Shown here one piece after another: positions 11,201-25,200 of a stretch of DNA of 64,000 nucleotides. Location: positions 1,798,001 to 1,862,000 of the forward strand of contig CAXHJY010000096.1 of the NCBI GenBank assembly GCA_964016885.1. Reading direction: 5' to 3'. Under the pieces are notes generated by a model. The model worked only from the letters and a program-made list of their open reading frames with translations. It made no database searches and was not told the DNA's origin. The translations under genes and the position numbers were made by a program. Numbering within the stretch: the first letter of the stretch is position 1; each line of letters opens with the position of its first letter. The stretch comes from Eledone cirrhosa. Taxonomy: Eukaryota.

Positions 11201-14200
11201 GTAAAAAAATCAGGGGGAGATAATTTGTAAAAAATATCAGGGAGATAATTTGTAAAAAAAAATCAGGGGGAGATAATTTGTAAAAAAAAATCAGGGGTAG
11301 ATAATTTGTAAAAAAAAATCAGGGGGGAGATAATTTGTAAAAAAAATCAAGGGGAGATAATTTCCAGCCGTCCAAGGGAAGATAATTTCCAGCCCTCCAA
11401 GGGGCTATAATTTCCAGCGTCCAAGGGGAGATAATTTCCAGCCAGCGAAGGGGAGATAATTTTTTTAAAAAAATCATTGGGAGATTTGTAAAAAAAATCA
11501 GGGGGAGATAATTTGTAAAAAAAATCAAGGGGAGATAATTTCCAGCCGTCCAAGGGGAGGTAATATCTAGCCGTCCAAGGGTAGATAATTTCCAGCCGTC
11601 CAACGGGAGATAATTTCCAGCCGTCCAAGGGTAGATAATATCCAGCCGCCCAAGGACATATTTTCCAGCCGTCCAAGGAGAGGTAATTTCTAGCCGTCCA
11701 AGGGGAGATAATTTCCAGCCGTCCAAGGGTAGATAATATCCAGCCGTCCAAGGACATATTTTCCAGCCGTCCAAGGAGAGGTAATTTCTAGCCGTCCAAG
11801 GGGAGATAAATTCCAGCCTCCAAGGGGAGATAATTTCCAGCCAGCCAAGGGGAGATAATTTGTAAAAAAATCAGGGGGAGATAATTTGTAAAAAAAATCA
11901 GGGGGAGATAATTTGTAAAAAAAAATCAGGGGGAGATAATTTGTAAAAAAAAATCAGGGGGAGATAATTTGCAAAAAAAATCAGGGGGAGATAATTTGTA
12001 AAAAAAAATCAGGGGTAGATAATTTGTAAAAAAAAATCAGGGGGAGATAATTTGTAAAAAAAAATCAGGGGGAGATAATTTGTAAAAAAAATCAAGGGGA
12101 GATAATTTCCAGCCGTCCAAGGAGAGATAATTTTAAAAAAAATCAGGCGGAGATAATTTGTAAAAAAAAATCAGGGGGAGATAATTTGTAAAAAAAAATC
12201 AGGGGGAGATAATTTGTAAAAAAAAATCAGGGGGAGATAATTTGTAAAAAAAATCAGGAGATAATTTGTAAAAAAAATCAAGGGGAGATAATTTCCAGCC
12301 GTCCAAGGAGAGATAATTTAAAAAAAAATCAGGCGGAGATAATTTGTAAAAAAAAATCAGGGGGAGATAATTTGTAAAAAAAAATCAGGGGGAGATAATT
12401 TGTAAAAAAAATCAAGGGGAGATAATTTCCAGCCGTCCAAGGGGAGATAATTTTCAGCCGTCCAAGGGGAGATAATTTCCCGCCAGCCAAGGGAAGATAA
12501 TATTCAAAAAAATCAGACGGAGATAATTTGTAAAAAAAATCAGGGGGAGATAATTTGTAAAAAAATCAGGGGGAGATAATTTGTAAAAAAAAAAATCAGG
12601 GGGAGATAATTTTTAAAAAAAATCAGGGGGAGATAATTTGTAAAAAAAAATCAGGGGTAGATAATTTGTAAAAAAAAATCAGGGGGAGATAATTTGTAAA
12701 AAAAAATCAGGGGGAGATAACTTGTAAAAAAAATGAAAGGGGAGATAATATCCAGCCGTCCAAGGGGAGATAATTTCCAGCCGTCCAAGGGGAGATAATT
12801 TCCAGCCGTCCAAGGGGAGATAATTTCCATCCTTCCAAGGGGATATAATTTCCAGCCGTCCAAGGGGAGATAATTTCCATCCTTCCAAGGGGATATAATT
12901 TCCAGCCGTCCAAGGGGAGATAATTTTCAGCCGTCCAAGGAGAGGTAATTTCTAGCCGTCCAAGGAGAGATAATTTCCAGCCGTCCAAGGGGAGATAATT
13001 TCCAGCCGTCCAAGGGGAGATAATTTCCAGCCGTCCAAGGAGACATATTTTCCAGCCGTCCAAGGAGAGGTAATTCCTAGCCGTCCAAGGGGAGATAAAT
13101 TCCAGCCTCCAAGGGGAGATAATTTCCAGCCAGCCAAGGGGAGATAATTTGTAAAAAAAATCAGGGGGAGATAATTTGTAAAAAAAATCAGGGGGAGATA
13201 ATTTGTAAAAAAAAATCAGGGGTAGATAATTTGTAAAAAATAATCAGGGGGAGATAATTTGTAAAAAAAATCAAGGGGAGATAATTTCCAGCCGTCCAAG
13301 GGGAGATAATTTTCAGCCGTCCAAGGGGAGATAATTTCCCGCCAGCCAAGGGAAGATAATATTTAAAAAAATTAGGCGGAGATAATTTGTAAAAAAAATC
13401 AGGGGGAGATAATTTGTAAAAAAATCAGGGGGAGATAATTTGTAAAAAAAATCAGGGGGAGATAATTTGTAAAAAAAATCAGGGGGAGATAATTTGTAAA
13501 AAAAAATCAGGGGGAGATAATTTGTAAAAAAAATCAAGGGGAGATAATTTCCAGCCGTCCAAGGGAAGATAATTTCCAGCCCACCAAGGGGCTATAATTT
13601 CCAGCGTCCAAGGGGAGATAATTTCCAGCCAGCGAAGGGGAGATAATTTTTTTTAAAAAATCATTGGGAGATTTGTAAAAAAAATCAGGGGGAGATAATT
13701 TGTAAAAAAAATCAAGGGGAGATAATTTCCAGCCGTCCAAGGGGAGGTAATATCTAGCCGTCCAAGGGGAGATAATTTCCAGCCGTCCAAGGGGAGATAA
13801 TTTCCAGCCGTCCAAGGGTAGATAATATCCAGCCGTCCAAGGACATATTTTCCAGCCGTCCAAGGAGAGGTAATTTCTAGCCGTCCAAGGGGAGATAAAT
13901 TCCAGCCTCCAAGGTGAGATAATTTCCAGCCAGCCAAGGGGAGATAATTTGTAAAAAAATCAGGGGGAGATAATTTGTAAAAAAAATCAGGGGGAGATAA
14001 TTTGTAAAAAAAAATCAGGGGGAGATAATTTGTAAAAAAAATCAGGGGGAGATAATTTGTAAAAAAAATCAAGGGGAGATAATTTCCAGCCGTCCAAGGG
14101 GAGATAATTTCCCGCCAGCCAAGGGAAGATAATATTTAAAAAAATCAGGCGGAGATAATTTGTAAAAAAAATCAGGGGGAGATAATTTGTAAAAAAATCA

Positions 14201-17200
14201 GGGGGAGATAATTTGTAAAAAAAAAATCAGGGGGAGATAATTTGTAAAAAAAATCAGGGGGAGATAATTTGTAAAAAAAAATCAGGGGTAGATAAATTGT
14301 AAAAAAAAATCAGGGGGAGATAATTTGTAAAAAAAATCAGAGGGAGATAATTTGTAAAAAAAATGAAAGGGGAGATAATATCCAGCCGTCCAAGGGGAGA
14401 TAATTTCCAGCCGTCCAAGGGGAGATAATTTCCAGCCGTCCAAGGGGAGATAATTTCCATCCTTCCAAGGGGATATAATTTCCAGCCGTCCAAGGGGAGA
14501 TAATTTCCCGCCAGCCAAGGGAAGATAATTTTTAAAAAAATCAGGCGGAGATTGTAAAAAAAATCAGGGGGGAGATAATTTGTAAAAAAATCAGGGGGAG
14601 ATAATTTGTAAAAAAAAATCAGGGGGAGATAATTTGTAAAAAATAATCAGGGGGAGATAATTTGTAAAAAAAAATCAAGGGGAGATAATTTCCAGCCGTC
14701 CAAGGGGAGGTAATATCTAGCCGTCCAAGGGGAGATAATTTCCAGCCGTCCAACGGGAGATAATTTCCAGCCGTCCATGGGTAGATAATATCCAGCCGCC
14801 CAAGGACATATTTTCCAGCCGTCCAAGGAGAGGTAATTTCTAGCCGTCCAAGGGGAGATAATTACAGCCGTCCAAGGGTAGATAATATCCAGCCGTCCAA
14901 GGACATATTTTCCAGCCGTCCAAGGAGAGGTAATTTCTAGCCGTCCAAGGGGAGATAAATTCCAGCCTCCAAGGGGAGATAATTTCCAGCCAGCCAAGGG
15001 GAGATAATTTGTAAAAAAATCAGGGGGAGATAATTTGTAAAAAAAATCAGGGGGAGATAATTTGTAAAAAAAAATCAGGGGGAGATAATTTGTAAAAAAA
15101 AATCAGGGGGAGATAATTTGCAAAAAAAATCAGGGGGAGATAATTTGTAAAAAAAAATCAGGGGTAGATAATTTGTAAAAAAAAATCAGGGGGAGATAAT
15201 TTGTAAAAAAAAATCAGGGGGAGATAATTTGTAAAAAAAATCAAGGGGAGATAATTTCCAGCCGTCCAAGGGAAGATAATTTCCAGCCCTCCAAGGGGCT
15301 ATAATTTCCAGCGTCCAAGGGGAGATAATTTCCAGCCAGCGAAGGGGAGATAATTTTTTTTAAAAAATCATTGGGAGATTTGTAAAAAAAATCAGGGGGA
15401 GATAATTTGTAAAAAAAATCAAGGGGAGATAATTTCCAGCCGTCCAAGGGGAGGTAATATCTAGCCGTCCAAGGGGAGATAATTTCCAGCCGTCCAACGG
15501 GAGATAATTTCCAGCCGTCCATGGGTAGATAATATCCAGCCGCCCAAGGACATATTTTCCAGCCGTCCAAGGAGAGGTAATTTCTAGCCGTCCAAGGGGA
15601 GATAATTTCCAGCCGTCCAAGGGTAGATAATATCCAGCCGTCCAAGGACATATTTTCCAGCCGTCCAAGGAGAGGTAATTTCTAGCCGTCCAAGGGGAGA
15701 TAAATTCCAGCCTCCAAGGGGAGATAATTTCCAGCCAGCCAAGGGGAGATAATTTGTAAAAAAATCAGGGGGAGATAATTTGTAAAAAAAATCAGGGGGA
15801 GATAATTTGTAAAAAAAAATCAGGGGGAGATAATTTGTAAAAAAAAATCAGGGGGAGAAAATTTGCAAAAAAAATCAGGGGGAGATAATTTGTAAAAAAA
15901 AATCAGGGGTAGATAATTTGTAAAAAAAAATCAGGGGGAGATAATTTGTAAAAAAAAATCAGGGGGAGATAATTTGTAAAAAAAATCAAGGGGAGATAAT
16001 TTCCAGCCGTCCAAGGAGAGATAATTTTAAAAAAAATCAGGCGGAGATAATTTGTAAAAAAAAATCAGGGGGAGATAATTTGTAAAAAAAATCAGGGGGA
16101 GATAATTTGTAAAAAAAAATCAGGGGTAGATAATTTGTAAAAAAAAATCAGGGGGAGATAATTTGTAAAAAAAAATCAGGGGGAGATAATTTGTAAAAAA
16201 AATCAAGGGGAGATAATTTCCAGCCGTCCAAGGAGAGATAATTTAAAAAAAAATCAGGGGGAGATAATTTGTAAAAAAAATCAAGGGGAGATAATTTCCA
16301 GCCGTCCAAGGGGAGATAATTTTCAGCCGTCCAAGGGGAGATAATTTCCCGCCAGCCAAGGGAAGATAATATTCAAAAAAATCAGGCGGAGATAATTTGT
16401 AAAAAAAATCAGGGGGAGATAATTTGTAAAAAAATCAGGGGGAGATAATTTGTAAAAAAAAAATCAGGGGGAGATAATTTGTAAAAAAAATCAGGGGGAG
16501 ATAATTTGTAAAAAAAAATCAGGGGTAGATAATTTGTAAAAAAAAATCAGGGGGAGATAATTTGTAAAAAAAAATCAGGGGGAGATAATTTGTAAAAAAA
16601 ATGAAAGGGGAGATAATATCCAGCCGTCCAAGGGGAGATAATTTCCAGCCGTCCAAGGGGAGATAATTTCCAGCCGTCCAAGGGGAGATAATTTCCATCC
16701 TTCCAAGGGGATATAATTTCCAGCCGTCCAAGGGGAGATAATTTCCATCCTTCCAAGGGGATATAATTTCCAGCCGTCCAAGGGGAGATAATTTTCAGCC
16801 GTCCAAGGAGAGGTAATTTCTAGCCGTCCAAGGAGAGATAATTTCCAGCCGTCCAAGGGGAGATAATTTCCAGCCGTCCAAGGGGAGATAATTTCCAGCC
16901 GTCCAAGGAGACATATTTTCCAGCCGTCCAAGGAGAGGTAATTCCTAGCCGTCCAAGGGGAGATAAATTCCAGCCTCCAAGGGGAGATAATTTCCAGCCA
17001 GCCAAGGGGAGATAATTTGTAAAGAAAATCAGGGGGAGATAATTTGTAAAAAAAATCAGGGGGAGATAATTTGTAAAGAAATCAGGGGGAGATAATTTGT
17101 AAAAAAAATCAGGGGGAGATAATTTGTAAAAAAAATCAGGGGGAGATAATTTGTAAAAAAAAATCAGGGGGAGATAATTTGTAAAAAAAATCAAGGGGAG

Positions 17201-18330
17201 ATAATTTCCAGCCGTCCAAGGGAAGATAATTTCCAGCCCTCCAAGGGGCTATAATTTCCAGCGTCCAAGGGGAGATAATTTCCAGCCAGCGAAAGGGAGA
17301 TAATTTTTTAAAAAAAATCATTGGGAGATTTGTAAAAAAATCAGGGGGAGATAATTTGTAAAAAAAATCAAGGGGAGATAATTTCCAGCCGTCCAAGGGG
17401 AGGTAATATCTAGCCGTCCAAGGGGTGATAATTTCCAGCCGTCCAAGGGGAGATAATTTCCAGCCGTCCAAGGGTAGATAATATCCAGCCGTCCAAGGAC
17501 ATATTTTCCAGCCGTCCAAGGAGAGGTAATTTCTAGCCGTCCAAGGGGAGATAAATTCCAGCCTCCAAGGTGAGATAATTTCCAGCCAGCCAAGGGGAGA
17601 TAATTTGTAAAAAAATCAGGGGGAGATAATTTGTAAAAAAAATCAGGGGGAGATAATTTGTAAAAAAAAATCAGGGGGAGATAATTTGTAAAAAAAATCA
17701 AGGGGAGATAATTTCCAGCCGTCCAAGGGGAGATAATTTTCAGCCGTCCAAGGGGAGATAATTTCCCGCCAGCCAAGGGAAGATAATATTTAAAAAAATC
17801 AGGCGGAGATAATTTGTAAAAAAAATCAGGGGGAGATAATTTGTAAAAAAATCAGGGGGAGATAATTTGTAAAAAAAAAATCAGGGGGAGATAATTTGTA
17901 AAAAAAATCAGGGGGAGATAATTTGTAAAAAAAAATCAGGGGTAGATGAATTGTAAAAAAAAATCAGGGGGAGATAATTTGTAAAAAAAATCAGGGGGAG
18001 ATAATTTGTAAAAAAAATGAAAGGGGAGATAATATCCAGCCGTCCAAGGGGAGATAATTTCCAGCCGTCCAAGGGGAGATAATTTCCAGCCGTCCAAGGG
18101 GAGATAATTTCCATCCTTCCAAGGGGATATAATTTCCAGCCGTCCAAGGGGAGATAATTTCCCGCCAGCCAAGGGAAGATAATATTTAAAAAAATTAGGC
18201 GGAGATAATTTGTAAAAAAAATCAGGGGGAGATAATTTGTAAAAAATCAGGGGGAGATAATTTGTAAAAAAAATCAGGGGGAGATAATTTGTAAAAAAAA
18301 TCATGGGGAGATAATTTGTAAAAAAAAATC

Positions 18331-19325
18331 AGGGGTAGATAATTTGTAAAAAAAAATCAGGGGGAGATAATTTGTAAAAAAAAATCAGGGGGAGATAATT
18401 TGTAAAAAAAATCAAGGGGAGATAATTTCCAGCCGTCCAAGGGGAGATAATTTTCAGCCGTCCAAGGAGAGGTAATTTCTAGCCGTCCAAGGGGAGATAA
18501 TTTCCAGCCGTCCAAGGGGAGGTAATTTCCAGCCGTCCAAGGGGAGATAATTTTAAAAAAAAAATCAGGCGGAGATAATTTGTAAAAAAAATCAAGGGGA
18601 GATAATTTGCAGCCGTCCAAGGGGAGATAATTTTCAGTCGTCCAAGGAGAGGTAATTTCTAGCCGTCCAAGGGGAGATAATTGCCAGCCGTCCAAGGGGA
18701 GATAATTTCCAGCCGTCCAAGGGGAGATAATTTTTTTTAAAAAATCAGGCGGAGATAATTTGTAAAAAAAATCAGGGGGAGATAATTTGTAAACAAAATC
18801 AGGGGGAGATAATTTGTAAAAAAAAATCAGGGGTAGATAATTTGTAAAAAAAAATCAGGGGGAGATAATTTGTAAAAAAAAATCAGGGGGAGATAATTTG
18901 TAAAAAAAATCAAGGGGAGATAATTTCCAGCCGTCCAAGGGGAGATAATTTTCAGCCGTCCAAGGAGAGGTAATTTCTAGCCGTCCAAGGGGAGATAATT
19001 TCCAGCCGTCCAAGGGGAGGTAATTTCCAGCCGTCCAAGGGGAGATAATTTTAAAAAAAAAATCAGGCGGAGATAATTTGTAAAAAAAATCAAGGGGAGA
19101 TAATTTGCAGCCGTCCAAGGGGAGATAATTTTCAGTCGTCCAAGGAGAGGTAATTTCTAGCCGTCCAAGGGGAGATAATTGCCAGCCGTCCAAGGGGAGA
19201 TAATTTCCAGCCGTCCAAGGGGAGATAATTTTTTTTAAAAAATCAGGCGGAGATAATTTGTAAAAAAAATCAGGGGGAGATAATTTGTAAACAAAATCAG
19301 GGGGAGATAATTTGTAAAAAAAAAT
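18331..19325 (+). repeat. Local 498-bp tandem duplication (repeated at ~48841-49835)
   Basis: aggggtagat at 18331 and 18829. The tttgcagcc / cagtcgtcc / attgccagcc / gtaaacaaaatc string occurs twice. ORF left coordinates 18357/18855 and 48867/49365. Confidence 0.88.
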
Positions 19326-22227
19326 CAGGGGGAGATAATTTGTAAAAAAAATCATGGAGAGATAATTTCCAGCCGTCCAAGGGGAGATAATTTCCAGCCT
19401 TCCAAGGAGACATATTTTCCAGCCGTCCAAGGCGAGGTAATTTCTAGCCGTCCAAGGGGAGATAAATTCCAGCCTCCAAGGGGAGATAATTTCCAGCCAG
19501 CCAAGTGGAGATAATTTGTAAAAAAATCAGGAGGAGATAATTTGTAAAAAATATCAGGGAGATAATTTGTAAAAAAAAATCAGGGGGAGATAATTTGTAA
19601 AAAAAATCAGGGGGAGATAATTTGTAAAAAAAAATCAGGGGGAGATAATTTGTAAAAAAAATCAAGGGGAGATAATTTCCAGCCGTCCAAGGGGAGATAA
19701 TTTTCAGCCGTCCAAGGGGAGATAATTTCCCGCCAGCCAAGGGAAGATAATATTTAAAAAAATCAGGCGGAGATAATTTGTAAAAAAAATCAGGGGGAGA
19801 TAATTTGTAAAAAAATCAGGGGGAGATAATTTGTAAAAAAAAAATCAGGGGGAGATAATTTGTAAAAAAAATCAGGGGGAGATAATTTGTAAAAAAAAAT
19901 CAGGGGTAGATAATTTGTAAACAAATATCAGGGGGAGATAATTTGTAAAAAAAAATCAGGGGGAGATAATTTGTAAAAAAAATGAAAGGGGAGATAATAT
20001 CCAGCCGTCCAAGGGGAGATAATTTCCAGCCGTCCAAGGGGATATAATTTCCAGCCGTCCAAGGGGAGATAATTTCCATCCTTCCAAGGGGATATAATTT
20101 CCAGCCGTCCAAGGGGAGATAATTTCCCGCCAGCCAAGGGAAGATAATTTTTAAAAAAATCAGGCGGAGATTGTAAAAAAAATCAGGGGGGAGATAATTT
20201 GTAAAAAAATCAGGGGGAGATAATTTGTAAAAAATAATCAGGGGGAGATAATTTGTAAAAAAATTCAAGGGGAGATAATTTCCAGCCGTCCAAGGGGAGA
20301 TAATTTCCCGCCAGCCAAGGGAAGATAATATTTAAAAAAATCAGGCGGAGATTGTAAAAAAAATCAGGGGGGAGATAATTTGTAAAAAAATCAGGGGGAG
20401 ATAATTTGTAAAAAAAATCAGGGGGAGATAATTTGTAAAAAAATCAGGGGGAGATAATTTGTAAAAAAAATCAGGGGGAGATAATTTGTAAAAAAAATCA
20501 TGGGGAGATAATTTGTAAAAAGAAATCAGGGGTAGATAATTTGTAAAAAAAAATCAGGGGGAGATAATTTGTAAAAAAAAATCAGCGGAGATAATTTGTA
20601 AAAAAAATCAAGGGGAGATAATATCCAGCCGTCCAAGGAGAGATAATTTTTAAAAAAAATGAGGCGGAGATAATTTGTAAAAAAAAAATCAGGGGGAGTT
20701 AATTTGTAAAAAAAAATGAGGGGGAGATAATTTGTAAAAAAATCAAGGGGAGATAATTTCCAGCCGTCCAAGGGGAGATAATTTTCAGCCGTCCAAGGAG
20801 AGGTAATTTCTAGCCGTCCAAGGGGAGATAATTTCCAGCCGTCCAAGGGGAGGTAATTTCCAGCCGTCCAAGGGGAGATAATTTTAAAAAAAAATCAGGC
20901 GGAGATAATTTGTAAAAAAAATCAAGGGGAGATAATTTGCAGCCGTCCAAGGGGAGATAATTTTCAGTCGTCCAAGGAGAGGTAATTTCTAGCCGTCCAA
21001 GGGGAGATAATTTCCAGCCGTCCAAGGGGAGATAATTTCCAGCCGTCCAAGGGGAGATAATTTTTTTTAAAAAATCAGGCGGAGATAATTTGTAAAAAAA
21101 ATCAGGGGGAGATAATTTGTAAACAAAATCAGGGGGAGATAATTTGTAAAAAAAAATCAGGGGGAGATAATTTGTAAAAAAAATTAGGCGTAGATAATTT
21201 GTAAAAAAAAATCAGGGGGAGATAATTTGTAAAAAAAAATCAGGGGGAGATAATTTGTTTAAAAAATCAAGGGGAGATAATTTGCAGCCGTCCAAGGGGA
21301 GATAATTTTCAGCCGTCCAAGGAGAGGTAATTTCTAGCCGTTCAAGGGGAGATAATTTCCAGCCGTCCAAGGGGAGATAATTTCCAGCCGTCCAAGGGGA
21401 GATAATTTTTTTTTAAAAATCAGGCGGAGATAATTTGTAAAAAAAAATCAGGGGGAGATAATTCGTAAAAAAAAATCAGGGGGAGATAATTTGTAAAAAA
21501 AAATCAGGGGGAGATAATTTGTAAAAAAAATCAAGGGGAGATAATTTCCAGCCGTCCAAGGGGAGGTAATATCTAGCCGTCCAAGGGGAGATAATTTCCA
21601 GCCGTCCAAGGGGAGATAATTTCCAGCCGTCCAAGGGGAGATAATTTCCAGCCGTCCAAGGAGACATATTTTCCAGCCGTCCAAGGCGAGGTAATTTCTA
21701 GCCGTCCAAGGGGAGATAAATTCCAGCCTCCAAGGGGAGATAATTTCCAGCCAGCCAAGGGGAGATAATTTGTAAAAAAATCAGGGGGAGATAATTTGTA
21801 AAAAATATCAGGGAGATAATTTGTAAAAAAAAATCAGGGGGAGATAATTTGTAAAAAAAATCAGGGGGAGATAATTTGTAAAAAAAAATCAGGGGGAGAT
21901 AATTTGTAAAAAAAATCAAGGGGAGATAATTTCCAGCCGTCCAAGGGGAGATAATTTTCAGCCGTCCAAAGAGAGGTAATTTCTAACCGTCCGAGGAGAG
22001 ATAATTTCCAGCCGTCCAAGGGGAGATAATTTCCAGCCGTCCAAGGGGAGATAATTTCCAGCCGTCCAAGGAGACATATTTTCCAGCCGTCCAAGGAGAG
22101 GTAATTTCTAGCCGTCCAAGGGGAGATAAATTCCAGCCTCCAAGGGGAGATAATTTCCAGCCAGCCAAATGGAGATAATTTGTAAAAAAATCAGGGGGAG
22201 ATAATTTGCAAAAAAAATCAGGGGGAG

Positions 22228-25200
22228 ATAATTTGTAAAAAATAATCAGGGGGAGATAATTTCCAGCCGTCCAAGGGGAGATAATTTAAAAAAAAATCAG
22301 GCGGAGATAATTTGTAAAAAAAAATCAGGGGGAGATAATTTGTAAAAAAAAATCAGGGGGAGATAATTTGTAAAAAAAATCAAGGGGAGATAATTTCCAG
22401 CCGTCCAAGGGAAGATAATTTCCAGCCCTCCAAGGGGCTATAATTTCCAGTGTCCAAGGGGAGATAATTTCCAGCCAGCGAAGGGGAGATAATTTTTTTT
22501 AAAAAATCATTGGGAGATTTGTAAAAAAAATCAGGGGGAGATAATTTGTAAAAAAAATCAAGGGGAGATAATTTCCAGCCGTCCAAGGGGAGGTAATATC
22601 TAGCCGTCCAAGGGGAGATAATTTCCAGCCGTCCAAGGGGAGATAATTTCCAGCCGTCCCAGGGTAGATAATATCCAGCCGCCCAAGGACATATTTTCCA
22701 GCCATCCAAGGAGAGGTAATTTCTAGCCGTCCAAGGGGAGATAAATTCCAGCCTCCAAGGGGAGATAATTTCCAGCCAGCCAAGGGGAGATAATTTGTAA
22801 AAAAATCAGGGGGAGATAATTTGTAAAAAAAATCAAAGGGAGATAATTTGTAAAAAAAAATCAGGGGGAGATAATTTGTAAAAAAAAATCAGGGGGAGAT
22901 AATTTGCAAAAAAAATCAGGGGGAGATAATTTGTAAAAAAAAATCAGGGGTAGATAATTTGTAAAAAAAAATCAGGGGGAGATAATTTGTAAAAAAAAAT
23001 CAGGGGGAGATAATTTGTAAAAAAAATCAAGGGGAGATAATTTCCAGCCGTCCAAGGAGAGATAATTTAAAAAAAAATCAGGCGGAGATAATTTGTAAAA
23101 AAAAATCAGGGGGAGATAATTTGTAAAAAAAATCAGGGGGAGATAATTTGTAAAAAAAAATCAGGGGTAGATAATTTGTAAAAAAAATCAGGGGGAGATA
23201 ATTTGTAAAAAAAAATCAGGGGGAGATAATTTGTAAAAAAAATCAAGGGGAGATAATTTCCAGCCGTCCAAGGAGAGATAATTTTAAAAAAATCAGGCGG
23301 AGATAATTTGTAAAAAAAAATTAGGGGGAGATAATTTGTAAAAAAAAATCAGGGGGAGATAATTTGTAAAAAAAATCAAGGGGAGATAATTTCCAGCCGT
23401 CCAAGGGGAGATAATTTTTAGCCGTCCAAGGGGAGATAATTTCCCGCCAGCCAAGGGAAGATAATATTCAAAAAAATCAGGCGGAGATAATTTGTAAAAA
23501 AAATCAGGGGGAGATAATTTGTAAAAAAATCAGGGGGAGATAATTTGTAAAAAAAAAAATCAGGGGGAGATAATTTGTAAAAAAAATCAGGGGGAGATAA
23601 TTTGTAAAAAAAAATCAGGGGTAGATAATTTGTAAAAAAAAATCAGGGGGAGATAATTTGTAAAAAAAAATCAGGGGGAGATAATTTGTAAAAAAATGAA
23701 AGGGGAGATAATATCCAGCCGTCCAAGGGGAGATAATTTCCAGCCGTCCAAGGGGAGATAATTTCCAGCCGTCCAAGGGGAGATAATTTCCATCCTTCCA
23801 AGGGGATATAATTTCCAGCCGTCCAAGGGGAGATAATTTCCATCCTTCCAAGGGGATATAATTTCCAGCCGTCCAAGGGGAGATAATTTTCAGCCGTCCA
23901 AGGAGAGGTAATTTCTAGCCGTCCAAGGAGAGATAATTTCCAGCCGTCCAAGGGGAGATAATTTCCAGCCGTCCAAGGGGAGATAATTTCCAGCCGTCCA
24001 AGGAGACATATTTTCCAGCCGTCCAAGGAGAGGTAATTCCTAGCCGTCCAAGGGGAGATAAATTCCAGCCTCCAAGGGGAGATAATTTCCAGCCAGCCAA
24101 GGGGAGATAATTTGTAAAAAAAATCAGGGGGAGATAATTTGTAAAAAAAATCAGGGGGAGATAATTTGTAAAAAAAAATCAGGGGGAGATAATTTGTAAA
24201 AAATAATCAGGGGGAGATAATTTGTAAAAAAAATCAAGGGGAGATAATTTCCAGCCGTCCAAGGGGAGATAATTTTCAGCCGTCCAAGGGGAGATAATTT
24301 CCCGCCAGCCAAGGGAAGATAATATTTAAAAAAATTAGGCGGAGATAATTTGTAAAAAAAATCAGGGGGAGATAATTTGTAAAAAAATCAGGGGGAGATA
24401 ATTTGTAAAAAAAATCAGGGGGAGATAATTTGTAAAAAAAATCAGGGGGAGATAATTTGTAAAAAAAAATCAGGGGGAGATAATTTGTAAAAAAAATCAA
24501 GGGGAGATAATTTCCAGCCGTCCAAGGGAAGATAATTTCCAGCCCTCCAAGGGGCTATAATTTCCAGCGTCCAATGGGAGATAATTTCCAGCCAGCGAAG
24601 GGGAGATAATTTTTTTTAAAAAATCATTGGGAGATTTGTAAAAAAAATCAGGGGGAGATAATTTGTAAAAAAAATCAAGGGGAGATAATTTCCAGCCGTC
24701 CAAGGGGAGGTAATATCTAGCCGTCCAAGGGGAGATAATTTCCAGCCGTCCAAGGGGAGATAATTTCCAGCCGTCCAAGGGTAGATAATATCCAGCCGTC
24801 CAAGGACATATTTTCCAGCCGTCCAAGGAGAGGTAATTTCTAGCCGTCCAAGGGGAGATAAATTCCAGCCTCCAAGGTGAGATAATTTCCAGCCAGCCAA
24901 GGGGAGATAATTTGTAAAAAAATCAGGGGGAGATAATTTGTAAAAAAAATCAGGGGGAGATAATTTGTAAAAAAAAATCAGGGGGAGATAATTTGTAAAA
25001 AAAAATCAGGGGGAGATAATTTGTAAAAAAAAATCAGGGGGAGATAATTTGTAAAAAAATCAAGGGGAGATAATTTCCAGCCGTCCAAGGGGAGATAATT
25101 TTCAGCCGTCCAAGGGGAGATAATTTCCCGCCAGCCAAGGGAAGATAATATTTGAAAAAATCAGGCGGAGATAATTTGTAAAAAAAATCAGGGGGAGATA

